A stretch of DNA of 57,910 nucleotides from an uncultured Clostridium sp. (GTDB taxonomy: Bacteria; Bacillota; Clostridia; TANB77; CAG-508): contig CANPAC010000001.1 in assembly GCA_947571975.1 (NCBI GenBank), forward strand, positions 1-57,910. Direction: 5' to 3'. Each line of letters begins with the position of its first letter. Positions within the stretch are counted from its first letter, which is position 1. A program made the position numbers and the translations under genes. The notes below the pieces were generated by a model. That model searched no databases. It had not been told where the DNA came from and saw nothing but the letters and a program-made list of their open reading frames with translations. This document shows, one piece after another, positions 19,101 through 28,732 of the stretch.

Positions 19101-20531
19101 AAAATTGATGAAGTTAATAACTTAGGAGCTGTAAGAATTCGTATTCGTTCTTTACTTGCTAGTATGAAAAAGCGTGAACAAGAAAAGGTGCAAGAAAAAA
19201 AAGACGGAGATTATGGTATTAAGAAAAAAATATTCACAAAAGAAATGAGAAAAGATTATACTATATTAATGCCTCAAATGGCACCAATACATTTCGAATT
19301 ACTAGAAGCTGCTGTACGTGCTTCTGGCTATAGAGTGGAATTATTAAGAGAATGTACTTCAAAAACAGTGGAAACTGGTTTAAAATATGTTAATAATGAT
19401 GCTTGCTATCCATCTATTTTAGTAACAGGTCAAATGATTGAAGCTTTACAATCTGGTAAATATGATTTAAACAAAACTGCTTTAATCATGTCTCAAACAG
19501 GTGGCGGATGCCGTGCTACTAATTATATCGGATTTATTCGTAAGGCTTTAAAAGATGCTGGTTTTGAAAGCATTCCAGTTATTTCATTTAACATTGTTGG
19601 AATGGAAAAAATGCCTGGTTTTAAACTAACTATTCCTTTAGCGGAAAGAATGTTAAAAATGGTTGTTTATGCTGATTTATTGCAAAAAATGTTAACAAAA
19701 AACAGGGCTTATGAGGTTAATAAAGGTGAGACTCAAAAACTTTTTGACACATGGATGGAAAAATGCAAAAAATTATTAGAAAAATCAACAAACAAAGAAT
19801 TTAAACAAAGTATTTATGATATTGTTAATGATTTTGAAAAAATCGAACTAGATACATCTATTCAAAAGCCTAAAGTTGGTATTGTTGGAGAGGTTTTAAT
19901 TAAATATCATCCTTTTGGAAACAATTTTGTTGCAGACCTTTTAGAAAAGGAAGGCGCTGAAGTAATTTTACCTGATTTTATGGGATTTGTTAAATTTATG
20001 TGTACTCATAAAATTACATTTAATAATTTGTTAAATGTTAGCAAAACGTCTTCTAAGGTAATGAAAGCTGCAATTAAGTTGATTGATATTTTAGAAAAAG
20101 ATGTTAAAATTGCTTTAGCAAATTCGAAGAAAAATTATTTACAACCTTGTGACATTTGGCATTTAGAGGATAAGGTTAAAGATGTTTTGTCAATTGGAAA
20201 TCAAACTGGTGAAGGTTGGTTTTTAACTGCTGAGATGATTGAGTATATAGAAAATGATATTCCTAATATTGTGTGTGTTCAACCATTTGCTTGCTTACCA
20301 AATCACGTAGTTGGTAAAGGTGTTATCAAGACAATTCGTGAGAAATTTCCTGATGCTAACATTTCTCCTGTTGATTATGACCCAGGTGCAAGTGAGGCTA
20401 ATCAAACTAATCGTATTAAGCTTTTAATGACTGTTGCTAAGGATAATTTACGTGCTAAACAAAATGAGAAACAAGCTTTAGAAAATGAAAATAAGAGTAT
20501 AGAAGAAAATAAGACTGAAGAGAATGTTTAA
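16180..20531 (+). CDS. acyl-CoA dehydratase activase-related giant protein (two BadF/BcrA/HgdC-type ATPase modules plus a CoA-enzyme-activase C-terminal region), split by two CGG +1 sites
   Basis: The ORFs at 16180-16653, 16868-18247 and 18258-20531 are collinear pieces of one family. The motifs are LDVGSTTVK and IDAGSTTTK ASKHA ATPase motifs, cysteine-cluster linkers, and [24 protein letters not shown]. Frames join by skipping the C of CGG at 16642-16644 and at 18227-18229. Confidence 0.8.
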
Positions 20532-20718
20532 ATTTACTTTATAAGGAATATTTTACAAAAACTTGACATATAATAAAATATATAGTATACTATATTTAAA
20601 TTACTTAAGTAAAAATTATGTTCATGAATATGTCAAACTAGGTATGTGGTAGTACCTAGTTCTTTTTTTATAAAAAAAGAACTACAGCTAAGTGGTAGTG
20701 CTGTAAGCTCTTTTCCGA

Positions 20719-20850
20719 CTATACAGTCTCATTTAGTTTTTTGACGTTTTGTTGGCTGTTATTTTCAACCTTATCATATTGTTTACATTTATTGTTTTCG
20801 TTTTGTAGTAGCATTTCAATTAAACGCCAAATTAGTTCTGGGTAATTCAT
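20719..20850 (-). CDS. candidate small protein (43 aa, MNYPELIWRLIEMLLQNENNKCKQYDKVENNSQQNVKKLNETV)
   Basis: AAAGGAGG RBS 8 nt upstream of the ATG, in an otherwise unannotated gap downstream of the patatin gene. Below the ORF-track size cutoff. Confidence 0.35.
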   Translation of the reverse strand: MNYPELIWRLIEMLLQNENNKCKQYDKVENNSQQNVKKLNETV

Positions 20851-20922
20851 GAATATGTCCTCCTTTCTCAAAGTTTTCCTTTGCAAAGGATAGACCTATT
20901 ATATTAAATTTTATATAAAAGT

Positions 20923-21788
20923 TCAATAGTTTTGTAAAATTTTATCACTAAATTCTTTCGCTTTTTTATACCCTAATTCATACAATTCGTCCATCTTGCT
21001 CATATCTAATAATCCAACTTTACCACTTTTAATCTTTAAAACATCACATGTTCCTTGTAATTCATAATTAGAAAGTTCTTTACACAATAAATTAATAGAA
21101 CGACCTGCTACCTCTACTAAATTTTTATCGCAACTTTCGCTTTCATCTTCATCAAATACAATACTTAATACCCTATCAGCTCCTAATTGCTTCAATTCTT
21201 TCCATGGTACATTTTCACGAATTCCGCCATCTATTAATTTCGTATTTTTATATCGACAAGGAGAAAATACAACTGGATAGCTACAACTAGCCCTTACCGC
21301 TTTCCCAATTTTAATATCATTTATGTATTTAACTTTGTCTTCTTGTGATTGTCTTGTTTTACATGAAGTAAAACATATAACATTTCCGTTTACACAAGTC
21401 TACACTTGGTATAACTAATGGCATTTTAATATCAGAAATATTAGAAATTCCCTTAGAACTTGATATTTTATTTATTAAATTTTCTATTTGTTTTCCACTA
21501 TTTAATCCATCTATTTGAATTTTACCTGTCAAAATCAAACCAATAATTAATTTAAAAATATTGATAATATCAACATATTTTATTTTTTTACAATATTTTT
21601 TAAATATTTTGTACATTTCATCTGCTTTAAATCCTAGTGAATATAAACATGCTACAATACTTCCGTGAAGATGTTCCTCCTACATATTCGAATTTTATAT
21701 TTTTTTCTTCTAATGCTTTTATTGCACCTATGTGGGCTGCTCCTTTTACCCCTCCACCTGCTAAACATAGCGCTTTTTTATCTCCCAT
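20923..21788 (-). CDS. patatin-like phospholipase, split by two CGG +1 sites
   Basis: Starts MGDKKALCLAGGGVKGAAHIGAIKALEE (oxyanion GGGxKG) at 21788. The GXSXG motif GTSS-G is broken at CGG 21663-21665. A second break lies at CGG 21386-21388. The downstream DGG(I) motif (KLIDGGIRENVP) and the tail match ORF 20923-21195. Confidence 0.8.
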
Positions 21789-21933
21789 GTGCATTCCCCT
21801 TTTTTATTTATTAGTTGTAACATTCTATGATGGAATGATTTAAAATGTTCTTGATTTACTCATATATTTACACCAAGCATTATCTAACCATTATTTAAGC
21901 TACAATTAAAATTTGTAATACTTTATATATTTA

Positions 21934-21962
21934 TTGACGGAATTATAAATAAATAATATAAT
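21934..21962 (+). promoter_or_regulatory. sigma-A-type promoter candidate for the J-domain gene
   Basis: TTGACG (21934-21939), 17-nt spacer, TATAAT (21957-21962), about 75 nt upstream of the ATG at 22037. Confidence 0.4.
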
Positions 21963-22036
21963 TATCACAATAACAATAGTATAATTTTACAAAAATCATA
22001 GATTAGTTATTAAAAAACAGAAAGGAGAAATAATAT

Positions 22037-22672
22037 ATGGATAAAAATTATTATGATATTTTGCAAGTAAATCAAAATGCCTCTCCTGAAATTATAGAAA
22101 AAGCATATAAAATTTTAGCCAAAAAATATCACCCAGATTTACAAGAAGAAAAAAATAAAAAACAGGCTGAAGAAATTTTGAAAGAAATTAATGAAGCTTA
22201 TGAAGTTTTATCAAATCCAGAAAAAAAGAAAGAGTACAATTTGTTCTTAGAAAATCAAAAACAGCAAAATGAATCTTTAAATTCCAAAGTAGAAAGAACA
22301 GATAGTTCCATTAGAAATAATCCTTCTAATTCTACTTCTGTTTCAAAAGAAGAACTTTTATTAAAGCAACAAGAATTATTACGTCAGCAAAAATTGCAAC
22401 AATTACAAAGAGAAAAAGAGTTAGCTTATCAAGAACAACTACAACAGGCCAGGCAAAAAGCTTACTACGATGCCTATATCCAGGATTTAAAAAATCGTGG
22501 CTACAAAATTCGTTATAAGAAAACTTTTAAAGATTATATTAGAATTTTAGTTACCATAATTGTAGTTGCAGCTGTTCTTTATGTTTTATGGCAACTTCCT
22601 TTTGTTCAAAACTATTTTATGAACCTATTTCAACAAAATGAATTGCTGCAAAAATTAGTGATTAATAAATAG
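22037..22672 (+). CDS. J-domain (DnaJ-like) protein with Q-rich coiled region and C-terminal TM anchor
   Basis: 211 aa. NYYDILQV...AYKILAKKYHPD...EINEAYEVLSNPEKKKEYN is a canonical J domain with HPD. C-terminal TM is ILVTIIVVAAVLYVLW. Confidence 0.8.
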   Translation: MDKNYYDILQVNQNASPEIIEKAYKILAKKYHPDLQEEKNKKQAEEILKEINEAYEVLSNPEKKKEYNLFLENQKQQNESLNSKVERTDSSIRNNPSNSTSVSKEELLLKQQELLRQQKLQQLQREKELAYQEQLQQARQKAYYDAYIQDLKNRGYKIRYKKTFKDYIRILVTIIVVAAVLYVLWQLPFVQNYFMNLFQQNELLQKLVINK

Positions 22673-22697
22673 TACCAATACACATATAAGAGCTATT

Positions 22698-22880
22698 AAA
22701 ATTTAAAATAGTATTACATTATTTTTAAATTACAAATAATAAGAGATTAATATATAAATATTTTGAAGAAAAGACCTTTAATTAGTGTCACCCTAGCTAT
22801 GTTTTTTCTTCAAAATATTTCATATATTAATCTCTCTTTTACAATTTAATAAATCTACAATGTACTACTATTCTAAATTT
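22698..22880. repeat. long AT-rich inverted repeat filling the whole intergenic gap, with a 29-nt loop carrying CACCCTAGCTATG
   Basis: Inner arms 22741-22772 / 22802-22835 are near-perfect (1-nt bulge). Imperfect outer arms extend to 22698 and 22880. The loop at 22773-22801 contains the reverse complement of the 13-nt core seen at 3135-3147. Confidence 0.8.
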
Positions 22881-22883
22881 ATA

Positions 22884-24203
22884 CTATTTAATTTCTAATG
22901 CCATAACAAACTGATAATCATCTTTTAATTGCATAATAGCAGTTGTCTGTATTCCACCATCTTGCTCACCTGTCACATCACTTAATGTAATTTCTTGCAT
23001 ATATGTGTTGCCTTCTTCACTAAACTCTCCATACTCTACCTTATAACGTAATGGAAAGATAGCTTTCATTTTTGTTTCAAATTGTTCTTGTGTTCCAAAA
23101 TAATTATTTCTAAAAGTATTATCTAACACTTCATATGCTGATTTATAATCTCTATTATTTAACATCTGAACCCATTTATCTACATTCATCATAACTTTTT
23201 GCTGTTGTTCAACTTTATCATATTCTTCTTTAAATTTGTCTGTTGGTAATGTATAAGTATCTAATTTAAAGGTGAAATCTAAAACCGCTTTTTCGTCAAA
23301 AACATATACATTTTCATATTTGTCTTTTACTACATATTCTGAATAGTCGCTATAAGTATTTACTTGATATTGCTCTACTGCTAATTTTTTAATTTCTTCC
23401 TTATTGCTATCTATATATTTTTCAAAAACTTCTAAATCGCCAAATCTTTTCTCTCTATATTCTTGGTCTAAAAATTCATATGCTAATTCTGGTTTTGCTA
23501 ATGCTAACCTTTTATATAAATTAATATAGTCTTTTGCTATGTTTTCTATATTAACTGTTATGGTGCTATATTTGTTATTGTCATTTTCTTTAATATTTTC
23601 ATCTCTTATTGTTTCTATTTCATCATATTTTTGATTTGTTGGTTCAATTGCAAAAGTCTTATTTTGATAGTCTATAATTACAATTAAACAAATCTCTTTG
23701 TCAAATTGATATTGAATATTTTCTAAAATTCCCTGCACAGCATATGTTTTTATTTCTCCTGTGTTCATAGATTTCATTTTTGTTGGTACAAAAAGCAGTT
23801 GTTCTTTTTCTAATGTAATATATTTTTCTAAATTTTTAGTAGTTATATTGTTTTCTTTAATGTATTCTTTACTTAATAAATCAATAACTCTTTGATTTTT
23901 TTCTTCTTCTGTAATATAAAAGTTTCCGTTTTCGTCTTTTACTAAATATAGTGAATTATTTTGATTTAGGTTTTGTATATAACTTGTTACTGCAAATGTA
24001 ATGACATTGTATTCTATTCTAGTTAATTCTTTTAATTGTTCAGGTGATATTTCTATATCTTCTTCTGGTGTAGCTAGTTTCTGAAGTTTAGCAAAATCTT
24101 GTGGCTCCATTGCTCTTAATATTACAATTGTTGTAATGATACTAATAATAACAATAACAAGAATGACTATTAGTATTTTTATTTTTTTCATAATTACTAA
24201 CAT
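22884..24203 (-). CDS. T4SS-island membrane-anchored protein (possible VirB8/TcpC-like NTF2-fold repeats)
   Basis: 439 aa with a single N-terminal TM and two internally similar segments (..EYREKRFGDLEVFEKYI.. / ..AYEVLDNTFRNNYFGTQEQFETKM..). Last gene of the T4SS operon. The fold assignment is inference only. Confidence 0.5.
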   Translation of the reverse strand: MLVIMKKIKILIVILVIVIISIITTIVILRAMEPQDFAKLQKLATPEEDIEISPEQLKELTRIEYNVITFAVTSYIQNLNQNNSLYLVKDENGNFYITEEEKNQRVIDLLSKEYIKENNITTKNLEKYITLEKEQLLFVPTKMKSMNTGEIKTYAVQGILENIQYQFDKEICLIVIIDYQNKTFAIEPTNQKYDEIETIRDENIKENDNNKYSTITVNIENIAKDYINLYKRLALAKPELAYEFLDQEYREKRFGDLEVFEKYIDSNKEEIKKLAVEQYQVNTYSDYSEYVVKDKYENVYVFDEKAVLDFTFKLDTYTLPTDKFKEEYDKVEQQQKVMMNVDKWVQMLNNRDYKSAYEVLDNTFRNNYFGTQEQFETKMKAIFPLRYKVEYGEFSEEGNTYMQEITLSDVTGEQDGGIQTTAIMQLKDDYQFVMALEIK

Positions 24204-24245
24204 TCCTTTCTTAGTCTAAAATTAAAATATTTCATTTCCAATTTT

Positions 24246-27200
24246 TTATGGAGCCCTCCATACTTGTACATTAGGATTACCTATACGTCTGCTCCAACTA
24301 CCTTTAATTGGTCCTCCACCATATCCATATGGTTTTTCTCCTGATCTTTTAATAACGCATGTGTTGTTATCATATACCATATCTCCTCCTGCATAAATCA
24401 TAACATGTATTCCATAGTCATTAATAACATCTCCCGGTTGTATTTCATCATGACTTACCATTCTCCAACCTGCCGCTGCTAACATATCTGGTACTCCACC
24501 ACTTCCTGTATAATTATAATTATATGCATTTATTTGTTCTGGTGTTAGAGCTCCTGATTTTAATAATACAACTGACACATAAGTAGCACAACATGCATAA
24601 GAACTGTTAGATGCTGATTCTATATTTGAGAAAATTAATTCTGATGTGCTTAAAGAATAATGAACTTGTCTTCCTATCATTCCTTGAGTGACCTCTTCAC
24701 AGGCTGCTAATATACTTGTACTTCCTGCTGGTTTTTCTTTGTCTTTAAATTCCTCATACCATCTCTTTGCACTTTGTTGTCTTGGAGCTGGTGAAATACT
24801 ATAATCTGGTCTTTCAAATGTCCACATAAAGGCAACTGCCGCCTCTTCTGGTGTTGTTGCATTTACCCAATCAGTTGGTTTATAATGTTTTACCGAATTT
24901 GTTAGCAATTGAGCATCTGAAAAATCTACTGCTGTCCCTCCGCCTATTCTTAATTCCCCAAGTAAAAATTCAATTTGTGTATCAACATCTGTCCATTCTT
25001 TTCCCTTTGATTCCGCATAGGCTTTTAATTGCGAGTTTCTTCCTGATCCTCCACCTCTTGGATCATTTGTCCATTGACAGATTCCAATTCCTCCGTTAAA
25101 ATCTGTAAAACCTCCCTCTATTTTATTTGGTTCAAATCCAGATTCGTATTCTATATTACCTAGTACACCTGCTGCTTGTTCTTTACTACATCCTGCGCCT
25201 AATAATGCCCACCATATTTTTTCTTGCACAGTAGAACCATATATTCCATCTGAACCAGAAAAACCATCTATATTAAATTCATTGAACTCATATTTCTTAG
25301 TATTTTTATTACTAATAGACGTCGCTTGATAGATTAAATATTCTGTTAAATCTACTAAATTAGCTGTTTTATCCATTTTACCTAAAGTTTGTAACAATCT
25401 ATCTTTATTTATCTTTTTGGACATATTATTTTTTTCATATAATTTTACAAATTTGCTTTCTTTTTCTTTTTCTACTTCCCCTTTACCTGTTTCATAAGTA
25501 ATATTCATTGATTTTGTAGATGTATCTGTTTTTCTATATTTAGTATAATCATATGTTATATATTCATTATTTAAATTTAATTCCATACTTGTAGCTTCAC
25601 CAGTATCATATTGTTCATAGTTAGTCGCTGTCTCACTTTCTGTTACTGTTACTTTTCCTTGTATATTTATAATCTTTTCAGTTTCTCCTTCTTTCCAATC
25701 TAATGCTTTACTGCTGTAACTATTCTTCTTAGAAAATTTTGTACACCAAGCATCTGCATAAGTTATTTCTATTTTCGGAGTACAATTTTCTGTTATTTTT
25801 GTATTTTTGTCTATTTCTTTATCATTATAATTATATTGAGGCATAGATGATGATGTTAGTTTTTCTTTTGTTATTTCAATTGCTCTATTTGTCATAATAT
25901 TATCCTGAACTGCTATTATAATCTCAGTATTATCTATTATTTCATCTGCTAATTGTTCAGTAAAATTCGTCTCTTTTGATTGGATATAAAATGTTAATAA
26001 ATATTCTATTGGCATATGATAATATTGTAATATAGTTCTAAAATCTATAGAAGCATTTTTCTTAAGAGTCTTTCCATTTTCATCTTGATTCCATGTAGCT
26101 GTCACTAATTTACTTTCTTCATCTAAAGTAAATACTTTTAATGCCTCTAAATTACCATTATTAATATATTCTTCTAATATTTGTGGCTCTACATATTTCA
26201 AATTATAAACTCTAGATTCTACACTCTCTTGCGCCTTTTCAACATTTTTATCAATTGCAATAAGTCCACTATGATCAGCTTCTAAATATTTTAAAATTCC
26301 TTCTACAATTCCTTGGGCATATAAATCAGTTCCATTGTTTTTTAGAATAGTAGCATCTGGTTCCCCATCTATAAATCCACCTTTAGTAATAATAGATGGA
26401 AAACCTGAATGAACAGAGTTTTCTATAATTCCTAAATTCTTAGCTTCTGTTCCTTCTGAATCAGCTCTTACTGCCAAATTAGGCAAATTCATTGCATTTG
26501 CCATGCTTTCTGATACAAAAATTCCTAACTCTCTAGAAACATCATCTCCATCCTTATAAATAGCTTGTACCCCAGATTTTCCTCCACCATCAAAATGAAT
26601 TTGAATACATAAATCTGGATTTGCCTGTCTTGCTAATTTCACTCTATCTTCTGCACTGATTCCACCTTTATTTTCAGATGTACTACCTGTTTGAACCACT
26701 TTTATATTAGTATATGGCTTTAACAGCTCTTCTACTTTTTCTGCCGTCTTTATTGTTAGTTGTTCTTCTATTAAACTACCTTTTCTAATACCTGTGTCAT
26801 CTTTATTATTATGACCTGCTGCAATAGCAATTGTATAGTTTTCTCCTTCTTTTCCTGCAAGTTTCGTTTCTTCCTCTTGTTTTTCTTCTTTAGCCCTAGA
26901 AGTTACTGTTTTATTTTGTATTTTCCCTACTTCTGTTTCTTCCTCTTTTACTATTAAATTTGTAGAACGTAAATAAATTTTTTCTTTTTGTTCTGTTTCT
27001 ACTTCTACATATATATAAATTTCCTTTGATAGCTTGCTTACGTATTTCTTATAGGTTCCTGTATAAGTAACTTCTGTTCCCTTTGGAATGGTATCATTTT
27101 CATTTGGTGAATTTTCTTTTTTCTTTTCATACCAATCTTCTGTATTTTCTCCTTGCTCATATATATTAGATTTTTTTATTGTTTTCATTTTTTGCCCAGC

Positions 27201-27776
27201 AGACCACTCTTTTACCATATTTTCATCGGCAGACATTTCAGTATCATCATAATCAACTTCTGGTTTTTCTATAGTTGTTGTTTCCCCTCTTCCTGGATTA
27301 TTATCAACTGAACCGATTTCTTTATTTGGTGTAACTCTTCTAATATTAATAGCACCCTGAAATCCGCTACTGCCTTCTGGAATATTTCCTTCTAAGTTTG
27401 GAAATTTAGTAATTATTTCAGCTTTAATTAATTTTTTCAAAAATTCTGCATCTTTAGGTAAATTAAATTTACCACTCTCATAATTCGCTTTTTCTACGAT
27501 TTTTTCTACTTTTTCTTGAAAATCATCTACAAAATCTAAATAATAACCACTATTATCTTCTGATTTCTTTATTACTACTAATTCATCTAAAGATTCTACT
27601 TCGAAAGTGTTATATATGTCTTCTGCATTATTTTTAGGAGTTAGCCAATCAATCACAGCACTACCTAACATTCCTACAAAAGCTAAAGGAAAGATTGTCG
27701 TTAACAGTATTTTAGCTATAGCAGTTGCTAATGCTACCTTTGACATAGCACCCTTTATTTTAAACATATTCTTCAC
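24246..27776 (-). CDS. multidomain T4SS cell-wall hydrolase (VirB1/PrgK/CwlT analogue): Amidase_3-like, lysozyme-like and Cys-His peptidase-like domains
   Basis: 1176 aa with an N-terminal TM. The middle region IAIAAGHNNKDDTG...IQIHFDGG...GGFIDGEPD resembles MurNAc-L-Ala amidase. GVLGNIEYESGF...GIGICQWT...QIEFLLGEL resembles a lysozyme/muramidase module. The C-terminus YACCATYVS...IHVMIYAGG resembles NlpC/P60- or CHAP-type peptidases. Confidence 0.75.
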   Translation of the reverse strand: MKNMFKIKGAMSKVALATAIAKILLTTIFPLAFVGMLGSAVIDWLTPKNNAEDIYNTFEVESLDELVVIKKSEDNSGYYLDFVDDFQEKVEKIVEKANYESGKFNLPKDAEFLKKLIKAEIITKFPNLEGNIPEGSSGFQGAINIRRVTPNKEIGSVDNNPGRGETTTIEKPEVDYDDTEMSADENMVKEWSAGQKMKTIKKSNIYEQGENTEDWYEKKKENSPNENDTIPKGTEVTYTGTYKKYVSKLSKEIYIYVEVETEQKEKIYLRSTNLIVKEEETEVGKIQNKTVTSRAKEEKQEEETKLAGKEGENYTIAIAAGHNNKDDTGIRKGSLIEEQLTIKTAEKVEELLKPYTNIKVVQTGSTSENKGGISAEDRVKLARQANPDLCIQIHFDGGGKSGVQAIYKDGDDVSRELGIFVSESMANAMNLPNLAVRADSEGTEAKNLGIIENSVHSGFPSIITKGGFIDGEPDATILKNNGTDLYAQGIVEGILKYLEADHSGLIAIDKNVEKAQESVESRVYNLKYVEPQILEEYINNGNLEALKVFTLDEESKLVTATWNQDENGKTLKKNASIDFRTILQYYHMPIEYLLTFYIQSKETNFTEQLADEIIDNTEIIIAVQDNIMTNRAIEITKEKLTSSSMPQYNYNDKEIDKNTKITENCTPKIEITYADAWCTKFSKKNSYSSKALDWKEGETEKIINIQGKVTVTESETATNYEQYDTGEATSMELNLNNEYITYDYTKYRKTDTSTKSMNITYETGKGEVEKEKESKFVKLYEKNNMSKKINKDRLLQTLGKMDKTANLVDLTEYLIYQATSISNKNTKKYEFNEFNIDGFSGSDGIYGSTVQEKIWWALLGAGCSKEQAAGVLGNIEYESGFEPNKIEGGFTDFNGGIGICQWTNDPRGGGSGRNSQLKAYAESKGKEWTDVDTQIEFLLGELRIGGGTAVDFSDAQLLTNSVKHYKPTDWVNATTPEEAAVAFMWTFERPDYSISPAPRQQSAKRWYEEFKDKEKPAGSTSILAACEEVTQGMIGRQVHYSLSTSELIFSNIESASNSSYACCATYVSVVLLKSGALTPEQINAYNYNYTGSGGVPDMLAAAGWRMVSHDEIQPGDVINDYGIHVMIYAGGDMVYDNNTCVIKRSGEKPYGYGGGPIKGSWSRRIGNPNVQVWRAP

Positions 27777-27791
27777 CTCTTTCTTTTCTTT

Positions 27792-28718
27792 TTATAATTC
27801 TATCTTTAGTTTGTTTTTTTCATCTTTTCCTTCTTCTACTATATCAATAAAATTCATTGATGTAATATCTAATTTCTTGTTGTATACATTATTAAATTTT
27901 ATTTGTATTGTTTTTGTCTCTTTAGGTTTTAATTCTAAATCTTCTTGTGATAGTTCATATAAAAAGGCTTCGAATTTAATTCCATTTTCATTTGTAAGAT
28001 AAGTAGTATTAGTTTTTTCTTGCGAGTCTAAAATAATAGTTTTATTTGTTTTATTTTGGACACGTATGTTATAAATTTCATAATCTAAATAAATATCTGA
28101 ATTTATAACTTCTACATTTATTACATCATTACTTTGATTTCTATTTCTATTTTTTCTTCCAATATATCCATTTATATTTAATTTATATTGATCTTCTACT
28201 TGTACTATTGTTACATAATCTTCTACATATGTTTTGTTTGTTTTCCCTGTAGTTAACATATTGTCAAAAATTCTCACCTGATATATGTATATATCTTCTA
28301 CTGAATTACTCCAAGATTGGAAAGCATACTCTTTATTTCCTTGAAATTTTTCTTCGTAATATAATTTTTCAAATTGATTTTGTGTTTGGTATAATACTCT
28401 TTTTGTATCTGGTGCTAACAATTCATATGCTTTTTCTGGTTCATGATTAATACAATAAGTATAAAATTTGTCAATTACATTTCCAAATATTTCTTGATAA
28501 CTTTCTGGCACATTACTTTTTCCAATAATAGTTTTGCTTTCATTACGATAAGAAACAACATTAGATGCTGTTTCTTGTCTTTCTTTTGTATTTTGTTTGT
28601 TTTGTTCTTTTACTATATTGTTTAATACTTGTATCATCACAATTACAAATACAATTGCCAATGCTAATACCCATATTTTTAGCCTATTTTGACTATAATA
28701 TCTTAATAATTTATGCAT
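27792..28718 (-). CDS. T4SS-island membrane-anchored protein (possible VirB8/TcpC-like)
   Basis: 308 aa with an N-terminal TM (IWVLALAIVFVIVMIQVL). EKAYELLAPDTKRVLYQTQNQFEKLYYEEKF is an NTF2-like-looking segment, followed by a beta-rich C-terminal domain. Sits between the VirB6-like and hydrolase genes. Confidence 0.45.
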   Translation of the reverse strand: MHKLLRYYSQNRLKIWVLALAIVFVIVMIQVLNNIVKEQNKQNTKERQETASNVVSYRNESKTIIGKSNVPESYQEIFGNVIDKFYTYCINHEPEKAYELLAPDTKRVLYQTQNQFEKLYYEEKFQGNKEYAFQSWSNSVEDIYIYQVRIFDNMLTTGKTNKTYVEDYVTIVQVEDQYKLNINGYIGRKNRNRNQSNDVINVEVINSDIYLDYEIYNIRVQNKTNKTIILDSQEKTNTTYLTNENGIKFEAFLYELSQEDLELKPKETKTIQIKFNNVYNKKLDITSMNFIDIVEEGKDEKNKLKIEL

Positions 28719-28732
28719 ATAATTTCTTTCCT

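Noticed and set aside
21637-21843. Plus-strand ORF 21637-21843 (68 aa)
   Set aside because: It lies exactly antisense to the patatin N-terminus (GGGVKGAAHIG...). The minus-strand reading has an RBS, a start and family motifs.
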